64,000 bases of DNA from assembly GCF_004010195.1 (NCBI RefSeq), contig NC_057750.1:1795824-1859823 (forward strand), in the 5' to 3' direction. This DNA is from Chiloscyllium plagiosum (Eukaryota). Position numbers and translations under genes: made by a program. Shown piece by piece: positions 12,669 to 25,100 of the stretch. Positions within the stretch are counted from its first letter, which is position 1. Each line of letters opens with the position of its first letter. The notes under the pieces are model-generated. The model made no database searches and was not told the DNA's origin. It saw only the letters and a program-made list of their open reading frames with translations.

Positions 12669-14504
12669 TTAAATGAGAATATGCAAGCTGCTTGACTGGA
12701 GAAATTCTATGATACCACACGGATTAGGGAAAATAAGCAGATATGGGCGAGATTATTTTACATGTGCTTTTTTCTTCTTACTTCAGATGTCTTTTTTTTT
12801 GGGGGGGGTGTGATGTCACTTGCTGGGGTTATTGTTTACTTTGTATTTCCTTCTGTCTTGCTGAAATGCCTCTTATTGGTATATGTGTGTCTTTATTCGG
12901 GGTGGGGGAATTGATTTTAATTGTTTTGCTTGTGCAACTAAACCATTTTGTGGGAGCTCGGGTATTGCCCCCATCTAACTTCGGCTGACTCTTTCTAAGT
13001 ATTAAGCCTGCTTTTCCCTATGCACCTCTGAGTGGACCTTCCCCTATTAATACAATCATGATTACTGAGTTAATCACTTTTATTTGCTGTTGCAGTAAAG
13101 TAAATGCATTTTATCTTCTGATACCATTGCATTTTATCACCTTGTTTTGATTTCAAACTGTTGAGCTGCTCTGCAATTAAGCTGTTCAGAGTTTGAAACA
13201 ATTCAGTCAACATGTGCGAGGATGTGAATGTTCTGACCTTGACCATGCTGATTTGATTGGGAGCCTTGTTGGTAAGCTTAAGTTTGATATTTGGATACAG
13301 AATTTCTTTTGAAGTTTACCTAGAACAATCTATGGTCGTCTTTCATTTCCATTTTTTAAAATTATTAGATTTTCAAATTGAAACCTTACGGTACAGAATA
13401 ATCCAAATTGAATTGCAGATCTGGGCTGTAGGTAAACTTGTAAATGTAGTATGATTGCAGCCTTGCTGCCTTTTTGAATTTTGTGATATGCATAAAGCAG
13501 TTATAGCATAGTTTGTAAAATAAAATTTGGTGTTAAATGGAAAGTCTGTGTAATTGTTATACATTTACAACAAAGTTGCTTTTTTGTTCCTTCACTTAGG
13601 ATTTTTCTGAACAGATAAAAACAATTTTCTGCTGAGGCTTAGTTTCTAAAATGTTGCTCAAAGAAACTAAATGAGGTGAGGGAGAAAGAGATGGTGGGAA
13701 GAGATATATCATGGGAGAGAGTGGAAGGGGGCAGCATTGGAGGGGAGATGGTGGGAAGAGGGACAGCCTAAGAGTTGTGCAACGGTGATGGAGGGAAATA
13801 GAATCGTAGAAGTGTATGGCATGGAAACAGACTTTCGTCCAACTTGTCTGTGCTGACCAGATATCCTAAATTAATCTAGTCCCATTTGCCAATACTTGGC
13901 CCATATCCCCCTCAACCCTTCCTATTCATGCACCCATCCAGATGCCTTTTAAATGTTTTGGATGTAGGTTTGCTTGCTGAGCTGGAAGGTTAGTTTTCAT
14001 TTACATGTTGTAATTTGTACCAACCTCCCCTTTCTCTGACAGCTCATTCCATACATGCACCACCCGCTATGTGAAAAAGTTGCCCCTTTGGTCCCTTTTA
14101 TATCTTTCCCCTCTCACCCTAAAGCTATGCCCTCTAGTTCTGGACTTCCCCACCCCAGGGAAAAGACTTAGTCTATTTACCCTATCTATGCCCCTCATGA
14201 TTTTATAAACGTCAATACGGTCACCCCTCAGCCCCCTGTCCAGAGAAAACAGCCTCAGCTTATTCAGCCTGCCCCTATATCTCAAACCCTCCAAACCTGG
14301 TAATATCCTTGTACATCTTTTCAGAACCCTTTCAAGTTTCACAGCATTCTTCCTACAGTAGCGAGACCAGAATTGCACACAATATTCCAAACGTGGCCTA
14401 ACCAATATCCTGTACAGCTGCCATATGACCTCCCAACTCGATAATCAATGCTCTGACCAATAAAGGAGAGCATATTATATATAGTCTTCACTATCCTGTC
14501 TACA

Positions 14505-14665
14505 TGGCATCACCAACCCAAGGAAACTTAAACACATAAATAGAAAGCGGGCCATGCCATCAGTGCTTCATCCGGAGGCTCACTGACGACGATACCTTGT
14601 TTGGTGATGAAACATCTGAAAATGAACCTTCCAGCTCAGCGAGCAAACCTACAACCAGAACTCAC
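14505..14665 (+). mobile_element. PLE terminal fragment with decayed hammerhead
   Basis: tca-CTGACGA-cgataccttgtttggtgat-GAAACATC-tga; an inverted copy of its end lies at ~13955-14000. Confidence 0.65.
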
Positions 14666-14694
14666 CCGGACCTTACCATAAAGTGTATAAGTCA

Positions 14695-15030
14695 GGGCAG
14701 CACAATGGATCAGTGATTGGCACTGCTGCCTCGCAGTGCCAGGGACCCAGGTTCAATTCCAATCTCTGGCGACTGCCTATATGGAGTTTGCACGTTCTCT
14801 GTGCCTGCATGAGTTTCCTCTGAGTGTTCTGGTTTACTCCCACGATCCAAAAATATATAGGTTAGGTGAATTGGCCATGCTGAATTGCCCATTTGTGATC
14901 AGGGATGTATAGGTTAGGTGCATTAGTCAGGTGAAATGTAGAGTAATAGGTTAGGGGAATGTGTCTGGTGAGAGCATTGGTGTGGACTTGTTGAGCCGAA
15001 GAATTTGTTTTCACACTTAGAGTCTATGGT
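14695..15030 (+). mobile_element. HE1-type SINE
   Basis: gggcagcacaatggatcagtgattggcactgctgcc...ggttcaattcc. Confidence 0.85.
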
Positions 15031-15156
15031 CTATGAAGTGCTGCTCTGATTTGCCTTTCCAAAATGCGGCACCTCACATTTATCAAAGTTAAACTCTATC
15101 TGCCACTCTTTGATCCTGTTGTACTCTGAGATACCCTCCTTTGTTGTCCACTACAC

Positions 15157-15256
15157 TTGACAAAGGGTCAGTTAGACTTGAAACGTCAGCTCTTTTCTCT
15201 CCTTACAAATGCTGCCAGACCAGCTGAGATTTTCCAACATTTTCTCTTTTGGTTTC
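15157..15256 (+). mobile_element. PLE terminal fragment
   Basis: tgacaaagggtcagttagacttgaaacgtc (decayed hammerhead) plus gctgccagacc..gagattttcc; related pieces at ~28640, 32070, 41245 and 58735. Confidence 0.6.
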
Positions 15257-15901
15257 CAATTTTGGTGTCATCTGCAAACTTACTATGCCTGCTATGTTCA
15301 TATCCAAATCACTTGTATAAATGATGAAAAGTAGTGGATCCAGCCCCAATCCTTGTGGTACACTACTGGTCACTGGCCTTCAGTCTGAAAAGTAACCCTC
15401 CCACCGCCACCCTGTCTCCCACCTTCGAGACAGTGCTGTATCCAAATGGCTAATTCTCGCTGTATTCCATGTGATCTAACCTTGCTAACCAGTCTGTCAT
15501 GAGGAACCTTGTTGAATGCCTTACTGAAGTCCATATAGATCATGTCCACCGCTCTGCCCTCATCAGTTCTTCAAAAAACTCAATCAAGTTCGTGAGACGT
15601 GATTTTCCATGCACAAAGCCTTGCTGACTATCCTTAATCAGTCCTTGCCTTTCCAAATACATGTAAATCTTGTGTATTAGGATTCCCTCCAACAACTTGC
15701 CCACGACTGACATCAGGCTCACCAGTCCATAGTTCCCTGGATTTTCTTTACCACCATTCATTAGTGGCACCATGTTAGCCAACATCCAGTCTACCAGCAC
15801 CTCACCTGTGACTATCGATGATACAGATATGTCAGCAAGGGGCCTTGCAATCACATCCCTAGCTCCCGACAGAGTTCTAGGTGCTGGAGATTTATTCACC
15901 T

Positions 15902-16298
15902 TTAGGCTGGATAGTCTGAGGCTTTTTTCAATGAGTGTTGGAGGTTGAGGTAGCCTAATGGAGGTTTATGAAATCATGATGGTGTATAGCCAAGGTCTTT
16001 CCCCTGGAGAGGCAGAGTCCAAAGCTAGAGGGTTTAAGGTGCGAGGGGAAAGATTTAAAAGGGACCTGAGGGGCAACGTTTTCATGCAGAGTGTGGACAT
16101 TTATGGAATGAACTGCCAGAGGAAGTGGTGGAGGCTGGTACAATTACAGCATTTAAAAGGCATCTGGAATGCGTTTAGGAAAAGTTTAAGAGGAATACGG
16201 GCCAAATGCTGACAAATGGGACTTGATTAATTTAGGATATCTGGTCAGCGTGGACAAGTTGAATCAAAGGATCTGTTTCCATGCTGTACAGCTCTATG
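15902..16298 (+). mobile_element. CR1 3'-end fragment, opposite orientation to the adjacent copy
   Basis: GFKVRGERFKRDLRGN; tail ctgtttccatgctgtacagctctatga. Confidence 0.88.
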
Positions 16299-16742
16299 AT
16301 GCTATAACGCTGAATGCTGTCAAACCTCTTGTGTTGGGGATGCACCCATCCACATAAGTGATGAGTATTCCATCACTTTTAGAATTGTGCATTGTAGATG
16401 ATAGTCTTTGGGGAGTTGAGGATAAGTTACTTACCACAGTATTTTTATGTTCTGATTCACTCTGTACCCAGCATGTGGTACCCAGCATTCATGTGGAGTG
16501 TCTGTTTGAGTTTCTGGTCAGTAGTAACCCCAAGGATGTTAATCTGTTTATCTTCATATATTGGGGTTCTCTAATAAGGGCTTGATTCAGTTAATAGTTT
16601 CATGTTTAAGACTGGTTGGTTGTTTTTCGTTCATCTTGCATTTCACAACTTAGCTGACCAAGAGAGAGCCAGCTGTTCAGCCATTGAAGCATGGCTTTGA
16701 GTTTTGTGCTTTATTCACTCTGCATTAGTTTGACCTGAGCCT

Positions 16743-16900
16743 GGAGAAAATGAGGACCGCAGTTGCTAGAGGTTAGAGTTTGAGTAAGGTGCTTGAAAGC
16801 ACAGCTGGTCAGGCAGCTTCTGAGGAGCAGGAGAATCGACGTTTCAGGCATAAACCCTTCATCAGGAATTTCTGAAGGGCTTATACCTGAAACATCAATT
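16743..16900. mobile_element. Older fold-back PLE mini-element
   Basis: gacgtttcaggcataaacccttcatcagg and ctgaagggcttatacctgaaacatc; TSD ttgac(c/a)tgagcc(t/c)gg at 16730-16744 and 16899-16913. Confidence 0.78.
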
Positions 16901-17229
16901 GACATGAGCCCGGTCTGATTGAGGAGATCATTAAAATATCAACCAAAATGAAGTCCTCTAATTTTCCCTCAAGTTTGTAGAGAAGAGTTCTCATTGGTTT
17001 TCCTCCATTGTAATCTGTAGAATGTTCTTATTTTCTACTTCATCCTTATGCTTGCATATGTGTATATTATTAAACAAGAATATACTTAACTGCTTGATCT
17101 TAACAAAGTACATGATCTATAGAGCAAAGCCTGCCTACCATGGCAGAAAATTCCCTGGGAGGTCACTGTTTAGTGTGGCACATAATAGAAAACTACTGGA
17201 TGAGGGATACACAGGCTAAAAAATCAATC

Positions 17230-18340
17230 TGTTCAATTTTGTCCTGGGTTATCATTTCTAAACGTTCAATGAAATTAAGTCACTTAGTGGACTAATTGAA
17301 GAAAAGCAGCATGTATTTGGTAAAGATAAATTGGGTTTACCTAGCCTGCTTGAGTTTCTTGATGATGAGGGTCTTTGAAGGGATTTTGATGTAGTGCACA
17401 TAGACTTCCAAAGACATTAAAGTGTCACATAACAGGTTCTGTCAGAAGCCAGACTCCATGGAAATAAAGGAATGATAGTGGCTTGGATGCAAAGTTGAAT
17501 GAATGATGGGAGCAGTAGTGGTGAATGTTTTTTTGACTGAAAGAAGATATGGTGAGGGATTCCTTGGGGAGCTATTAACAGGACCAAGACAATAGTTTTT
17601 CTTTGTATTAATGACCTAGGCTTGAATGGGGAGCTATTTCAAAATTTGCTATGCCACCAAACCTGAAAGTTTTCTGAACCTTGTGACAACAGTGATAGAC
17701 AACAGCAAATATTATGAGTTTGTGTAATAGCTGGGCAGATGACACTTAATATTGACAAATGTGAAGTGATGCATTTTGGCAGGAAGATCAAGAGGTGGCC
17801 ACAGGAGCATAGAGTTCTGGGAGTACGCCTGCGCACCTTACTGGCAATGCAGTTTGGAAAAAAATGGTTAATATGGTATATGGAATCTTGGAATTTATTT
17901 ATAAAGGCATAGTGATCAAAAGCATGGAAGTTGTGGTGAACATCTGTCTTTAAAGTGCTGGTTGCCCTCAGCTGGAGTATTGTGTCCAGCTCTGGTCACT
18001 TCATTTTTAAAAGGTTGTAAATGTATTCATAACAGTGTTTAAAAAAAGGATTTACAAGAATGCTTCCAAGGTAAAGAACTGTAGTTATCTGTATGGATTG
18101 GAGAAGCTGGCCTGTCTTCCTCAGAAGAGGAAATTGAGAGCAAATTTGATTAGTGTTCAAAATTGGAAGGAAATGTCACAGATGGAGGGACCCTTCCATT
18201 TCGTAGAAGACTTGAGAAGCAAAAATTGCAAATTTGAGACAAATTGGAAATAAATCTTGTAACACTACAAGGGGTTTGAATTTGGAATGCCCTGCCTATA
18301 AGGGTGATGGAGGCAGATTCATTCAAGACCTCTAAAGAAA
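17230..18340 (+). mobile_element. Old CR1 remnant
   Basis: Degenerate motifs (tgtgaagtgatgcattttggc, cagctggagtattgtgtccag). Confidence 0.7.
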
Positions 18341-18593
18341 AATAATTTGCAGCACTACAGTGAAAAAGACAGTGGAATAACAATCTAAATATTAATTTTT
18401 AACAAGTCACTAATCCAGAGTTCCCTTTTATACAGAAACTTAAATTTAAATTTATCAGATAAATACTGCCTTTTGACTGCATATGTGAGCCGAAAATGCA
18501 TTGACTTTGAGGGTGACTGAAAGATATTGAAAGTTTGTGATGGCAGAAAGCTTTATTTCAAATGATTTGAATTTCACTTTGTTCATTTTGTAG

Positions 18594-19109
18594 CTTTCAT
18601 CAGCCAATGGCATCAGGATCCAAAGGAAAAGGTTGTTCTACAATTGCTTTCCCATCTTCCTTTACTTCAGCCTGGGAATGTGGAGGCAAAGTCGGAATAT
18701 ATGAAACTGCTCCAAAAGGTGTTGGCCTATTCCATCGATAGCAATCTCTTCATCGAAGAGAGTAGACAGCTGTTATCCTATGCACTAATCCATCCTGCCA
18801 CATCACTGGATGACCGGAGTTCTCTAGCCTTATGGCTAACCCACTTGGAGGAACGCATTTCAACCAACTACAGTTCGCAAAATGTGAGCCCAGCAGACTC
18901 TATTTACACAGGAGTGTACAACCAAAATCAAAGGCAGAATGTTGAAGACAAGCTAAATGAATGGCAGAGTCGAGCAGACAGTGGCATGTGCATAACTGTC
19001 CCTGCTTGGCAGGACAAGCCAATGACTTGTGAGAATGGACATTTGCCTCTGCATACATCTGCATCGGTGCCATCTGCTATCAACAACATTGGAAGCAATG
19101 CAAGTACAG
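18594..19109 (+). CDS. SAMD4B: SAMD4 coding exon, 516 nt, phase 1-1 (Smaug similarity region 1)
   Basis: Acceptor gttcattttgtag, donor g|gtaact; [70 protein letters not shown]...GSNAST. Confidence 0.95.
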
Positions 19110-22100
19110 GTAACTTAGACATTTAATGATCAAGTTTGAACCCAAAAGATGGCTTATGCTTGAAGCCTTAATCTAAATGTTTCTGGTATGATTGCAATAT
19201 GTTGTCACCTTGTAGTTACCAAAGATAAATTTGTTGAGTGGAATAGCCCCCCGCAACAAAAATGGACATCGTAAAGACAACTTTTATTAGGTAATTCTGA
19301 AGCTTTTTGGCATTGTAAGTCATTAAACTCTGCCAAATGTGTTAGGAAAAGGTCATTGTTTTGACCCATACTAATCTGTGTACCAAAAGGTCCATGACTA
19401 TCTTCTTTATTCTTAGTGCATATATCTATATCATAAATGATGGTGGGACGTTTGATTGTGAAACTCATTATAGAGATACCTGATATGCTCCTCTCTGTAC
19501 GTAACAACTTTCCAGCAAAGGTTCCTTAGCATTATTTGGAAACAGTAACACTAGCTGAACGTTTTTAATTGCTATAACTCTGAAATTGCTTTTGCATACA
19601 AACTGAAAGACATACTAAGTTCAAACACTGCTGAATCAGTGCCTCGAAGGCTTATAAATCCTTTGTATTACAGCACAACTGATGCCATTCAACCTATAGC
19701 ACCTTCGTTGGTGCTAGATCTTCAGTTATTAGCTGCCTTACCCTCCTTGCAAAATCACTTTCAGATTATAGTTTTTTTATTCATTCATGAGTTGTAGACA
19801 TCATTGGCAAGGCCAGCATGTATTGTTCATTCCAAAGATCAGTGAAGAATTAACCACATTCCTCTAGGTCCGAGTCACGTAAGTCAGAATAGGTAAGGGT
19901 GGCATGTTCCTTCCCTGAAGAATGTTTATGAACTAGATGGTTTTTCCCAACAAGCAGCAATGATTTTGTGGCTATTATTAGACTCCTAATTCCAGATTTT
20001 AAAAAAAAATTCAGACCTCGCCATCTGCCATGGTAGAATTTGAACCCATGTCCCCAGGACATTACTTGGGTCTTTGCACTAATAGTCTAGCGATAATATC
20101 GCTAATCCAATGCCTTCCCATAAAGAGTCCCCATTGCATGTACCCAAAAACACTTGTGGCTAAGCATTTTATGCTCTGGCTTGTGCATTCTGGTCCTTGG
20201 TTTTCAAGTCTGTGTCCTTGCCTCTCCCTATCTATGTAATATCCTCCAATTCTCAAAGATTTCTCTGTTCCTAAATGACCTCTTGTGTATGCCTAATCTT
20301 AATTTAAGTCATGATGGATCCTTAAAAGCCACTCTTTTTGACTAAGCTTTTTTAAAAAAAATTCCTTGTGTCGCTCAGTGGAAGTCTTTTACTGACAATC
20401 CTGTGAAGAGCGTAATGGCATTTTGCTTTGCTAAAGGTTCAGGGTGAAGATAGGTTTTTATAGCTTTGTCCTTCATTTTTCTAGTGACCTGGAATCTGGT
20501 TAAGAGTTCACTATTTTACTGCAAGAAAAAACTTTCACTGTATAGTTCATTATATATAAAGACATATGAGTAACGCTTAACCATCCAATGATTAAAAGTC
20601 CTAATTTTGTCCCAGAAAATAAAAGTTATGCATCAAACAAACAGGAAAAACTTGGATTACTGGCACTTTTATGTCCTCTGAGTGTCCTGATGTACTTTCT
20701 AGCCAATTAATTATTTAGTCACAGTTGTTGTAGCTTACTAATAATTTTGTGGTGACTCAATGCCTGCTAATGTTGAGCTCTGCTTATACTAATGTTTAAT
20801 TTATTTGTATCTGCACTGGAACCACTTACTAAAATTGTCCAATGTTTTTTGAACAGAACAACACAGTTAAAGGCCCTTCGGCCCTCAATCTAGTGACTAA
20901 TAATGAAAAGTAATGATCAGGTTCGTAAATGAAGAATAGCAAGGTACGAGTGCTGTGCACTACTGAGAATTGGATCTCGGCAAAATGGTTAGCATCTTTA
21001 AAACATACTGAGTTAACTTGGGTAGAATCTAGCTAACTGCTTTTCTAAAAGTTTTTGAACCAGTAACTTGTCTGCTGTACCATATTTTAAGAATCATTCA
21101 TTTGTTCCATCTGCTCCTCTCAAGGTTTTTTTAGCAGTAGAAATATTTTAAGCAGTTCAGCGAGTTGTTCCAGCAAACTGCACCATAGGATAGTTTATGA
21201 ATTTCACCAGACTTTATGAACATGGCAGTGTCACTTGGAATAGGCCGAAGGGGGAGCATAACGAGGACAGCAGTCCTGCAAAGAATGTCCATCTATTTTG
21301 ACTATTATAAGCTGTTCTGTTTTTGGTTGACTGGCATTGACCAAGGCCTGGGAGCTGAAGGGCAAAATATGGTCCAAGAGGGTACTAAAGGAGGGAGAAA
21401 ATAACTTATCTACAACAGACATTTTCTGTTTTAATGTTACATAATAGAAAACGTGTGTTGGAAAAGCTGCAGAGAATATTCAGTGCTCAACTGTGCCAAT
21501 AGTGTCAGCCTATATATAGATTAGAACAAAAATGCCTGAAGGCAGTACATATCTACAGCTGTTTTTCTCCTCCATGCAGTCAAATAAAATTATGCATCTA
21601 GTACGTTCTGTGAATGACATGCACATGAAACAAGTAGAAATAAATGATTGATTTTAATCAGTTATGATGAGATGGCGCTGTTTAGAAATCATTGGCAGCA
21701 GACCAGTTCTGATTAGGGTTTTCTCTTGTGCATAATGTATGTACTGAAACACACTCTAGAGATGCAGATGTCCCAGTGCTGTCATGTGTTTTTCTCTCCT
21801 ATCTTAGATTTGCCATCAACAGTCCAGAAGTGCAATTTTTGCATTGCATTCCTATAGGGATTTTTTCAAAACATGCCAGAATATCTGAGTAGATTGAGCG
21901 AGTCACAAATATGATATACCATATAGTAACTATGAATGCACAACTTTTGCACGTAACAAGTGTTGAGTTACTCAAGTTACTGTGTAAACCAAGTACTTTT
22001 GATGGGCAAGAAATTGACTAACTACCCTACATAATTATTGTCCCTGTAGATGAGCCTTTAAAGTAAAAACATTTATTTGGTCATTTTGATATGCTGCAAG

Positions 22101-25100
22101 GACATGTGTAGTTAACGTTCTTCGGTGCCAGTGGGAATTGTCAAGCAGAGATCAACCGCATTGCTGTTGTCTTTTTTTAAAGAGTAGCATTGGCAATCCA
22201 GTGAAGTATAATCATGATCATGAACTTGTTGAGCTTAATGGCTCTCTTCTGTGATATAAATACCATACTTACTCCCATATTACATTGAGGCAAGTGCAGC
22301 ACTTACTGTGTAAAGCGTTCTGCAGTCTCTGTTGCTCTATTAGAGTACTAAAAAGAAAATCATGCTCGTGTGACCCATTGACTTTTTTTTTCCAATTTGG
22401 GAAGTATGATTCATATGCTGCATTATTCCCTAGCTGTGATCTCACCCAAGCAATGAGGTCCAAGCCTTTTAGCAGCACTGCTTTGCGTAGGCTGCTAGGA
22501 CTACCTTCGTGTTTACATTGTGTATTTGCCATCTTTATGGGAAGTCTCCTTCCTTCAATAACACATCCCAGTCTCTTAACCTTTCACCATCATCAGAAAG
22601 TGGTGAACATGAATAAGTCATTGTAGCTTCTCTGCAGTACACTGGCATTATGCTGGCCACTCCAGACCAAGTGCTTTTCTTTTTTTTTTACAAAGTTGTT
22701 TTTGGGGAGGTTGGTGGGAGAAGAATCTTCTTGTGAAACTCTAACATGATGACAGTAATTGTTCATACATCCTATAGGTCTTTTTTTAAAAAAATATTGT
22801 GCACAAGCTGTTTTAATGTTTCCAACTAACTTGTATTTACATGGTGATGCCATAGTTTCATCCCAGACACATCTTGTCATAATGTTCATCTGTTTTCATT
22901 GAATCATAGGATTGCGACAGTGTGAAAAGAGGCCATTTGGTTCTTCGAGTCTGCATCCCACTCATAAACACGCCCTACCAATTCTATCCCCATAACCCCA
23001 CATTTGCCATTGCTAACCCATCTAACCTGCACATCCCTGGAGGAGCAACTTAGCATGGCCAATCCACCTAACTTACACATGTTTGGACTGTGGGAGAAAA
23101 CCAGAGCATCCGGGAGAAACTCTGCACAGTTGCCTGGAGGTGGAACCAAACCCCCCAAAAACAAAGCAAAACACTCAGACACTACAGTTTTACCTCCTTC
23201 ATCTTTATTCTGGGCCCTGGAGGGAGAGAGACAGATCACTCATGTGCACGGGGACATGAGTTCTCAGTCTTCTCTCTCGAACAGCAGTTTCTTAACGAAA
23301 TATATAGTAATTTTACAGGGAGGAGCATCCAGATAAGGCAACATATATATTGATTGGGTGATGTATTGATTACAATCAGTAAGTGTCAACAGTAAAGATT
23401 AAGCCATCTGCTGTTACACATTCAATGTTCTTAACCTTAACTGGCTTCACATAATGAATACTTTTCACCTTGTTAAACTGACCTTACATACTGAACACTT
23501 CTACATAATGAATGCTTTTCCACCTTGTTAACCCATTACCCTTGGCTCCAGCACCCCATTTTTAACTGCAAGCTCTTATCTGATCTGAGTCATGCTCAGC
23601 TGAAGCTTTGTTTCACAAAACTCAAAACTTAACTCTTTCCCTTCCTGCCCATACCGTGTACACATTCTCACCAGGTCTGTGACCTTATGAGGCAGTAGTG
23701 CTAACCACTGAGCCATTATGCTGCTTATTTTTGTTTTTGTGGAGGTTTGTGAACAGTTTGTTTTGGCTGCATATTTACATGTTTCACAGTTTGAATCTAC
23801 AGAGATGACACAACTGTGTTTGAATACTGAAGGAAATGTGCCTTGCTATTGATTGTTTGGCTTGTCTTTGAGACTTGTTAATATGCTGTATTCTCCAGTC
23901 TGAAGAAATTATGTATAATTAAGGTAGTTGAATATTCTGGCTAACAGAATTACATCAGTTAGGAAGCAATCAGTTATGCTGGATTTTTCCTTTTAATCAC
24001 CGAACTTGCCTTCATGATCCTTACTTTCCCCTGTTCCTGTGAAGGAAGGTAAACTAATAATATTGCTTTCACCGAAAAGGTAAAATGAGAGGAAAATCTT
24101 CAATGAGAGAAGACCCTTTCACTCCCCTCCCCTTCCCCGATTTGAATTATTTAATCCACTTCATTTCTATAAAAATTATTTATTATTGTATTTACCAACT
24201 GAAAACTGGTACCGAGATATTTAGTCAGTGAAGTTTCTAGTGATGACCATGATTTTTGAGCATACAGATTTCTATGGGATATAAAATTAATTCTGCTCCT
24301 TTGGGGAATAATGCATCTATTTTCAGCAGTCCGAGTGGGAGAAGGTGCTTGCTATTTATTAGGGGGAAGAAACGTTGTGGGGGATGTAAAACAACAATTC
24401 TAATGAAAAATGCTGTAGACTGGCTCTCCCCTCTCCATCCCAAGACACAGTCAAGATTAAGGCAATAGGAAAAGATGATTGGCTAACTTTTTTTCTCCAC
24501 TGATTCAAAGCCCAACCTTTTTTGTACTAAGTGAAAATTCTAGTAACTGGATTTGAACTCCTGCATGTTAAGTAAAGCTCAGTGAATTTTATTATTTGCT
24601 GTGTTTTAATTACTGAAGAGGTCTCGCTGGGATACTTGCTATTTGATATTGTAGAATTTAAATGGCAAATATTAAAAACTTGTGGCAATCTATTTATTGG
24701 TATTTTAAAAATCAACTTGTATTTATAATGCAATAAAATGCTCCAAAGCACTGTTCAGTAGTCATATGAACCAAAACCTGATAAGTCACATAAGGAAGTA
24801 TTGGGGAAGAATGATTAGAGTTCGGTTTTAAGAAATATCTTAAGAGGAAAGAAATGCACAGAGGTTGAGAGAGGAAATTCCAGAGCTTAAAGCTCTGGCA
24901 GGTGAAGCAAGACTGCCAGTGGTGGAGCAGTAACTTGAGAGAAGAAGGAGAAAATGACCTTTCAGAAGACTGATTTGGAGATGCCAGTGTTAGACTGGGG
25001 TGTACAAAGTTAAAAACCTCACAACACCAGGTTATAGTCCAGCAGGCTTGATTGGAAGCACTAGTTTCCGGAGCGCCGCTCCATCATTAGGTGGTCGTGA

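Larger units (their letters stand above)
13797..15900 (-). mobile_element. CR1 (HER1-type) LINE with nested insertions
   Basis: ORFs 14067..14405 (LEYCVQFWS) and 15540..15899 (KSPAP, GFVHGKSRLTNLIEFFE). Confidence 0.92.

Noticed and set aside
1..18593. First coding exon or promoter of the SAMD4 gene
   Set aside because: No MMFRDQV-like N-terminal exon or CpG island was seen; it must lie upstream of the window.
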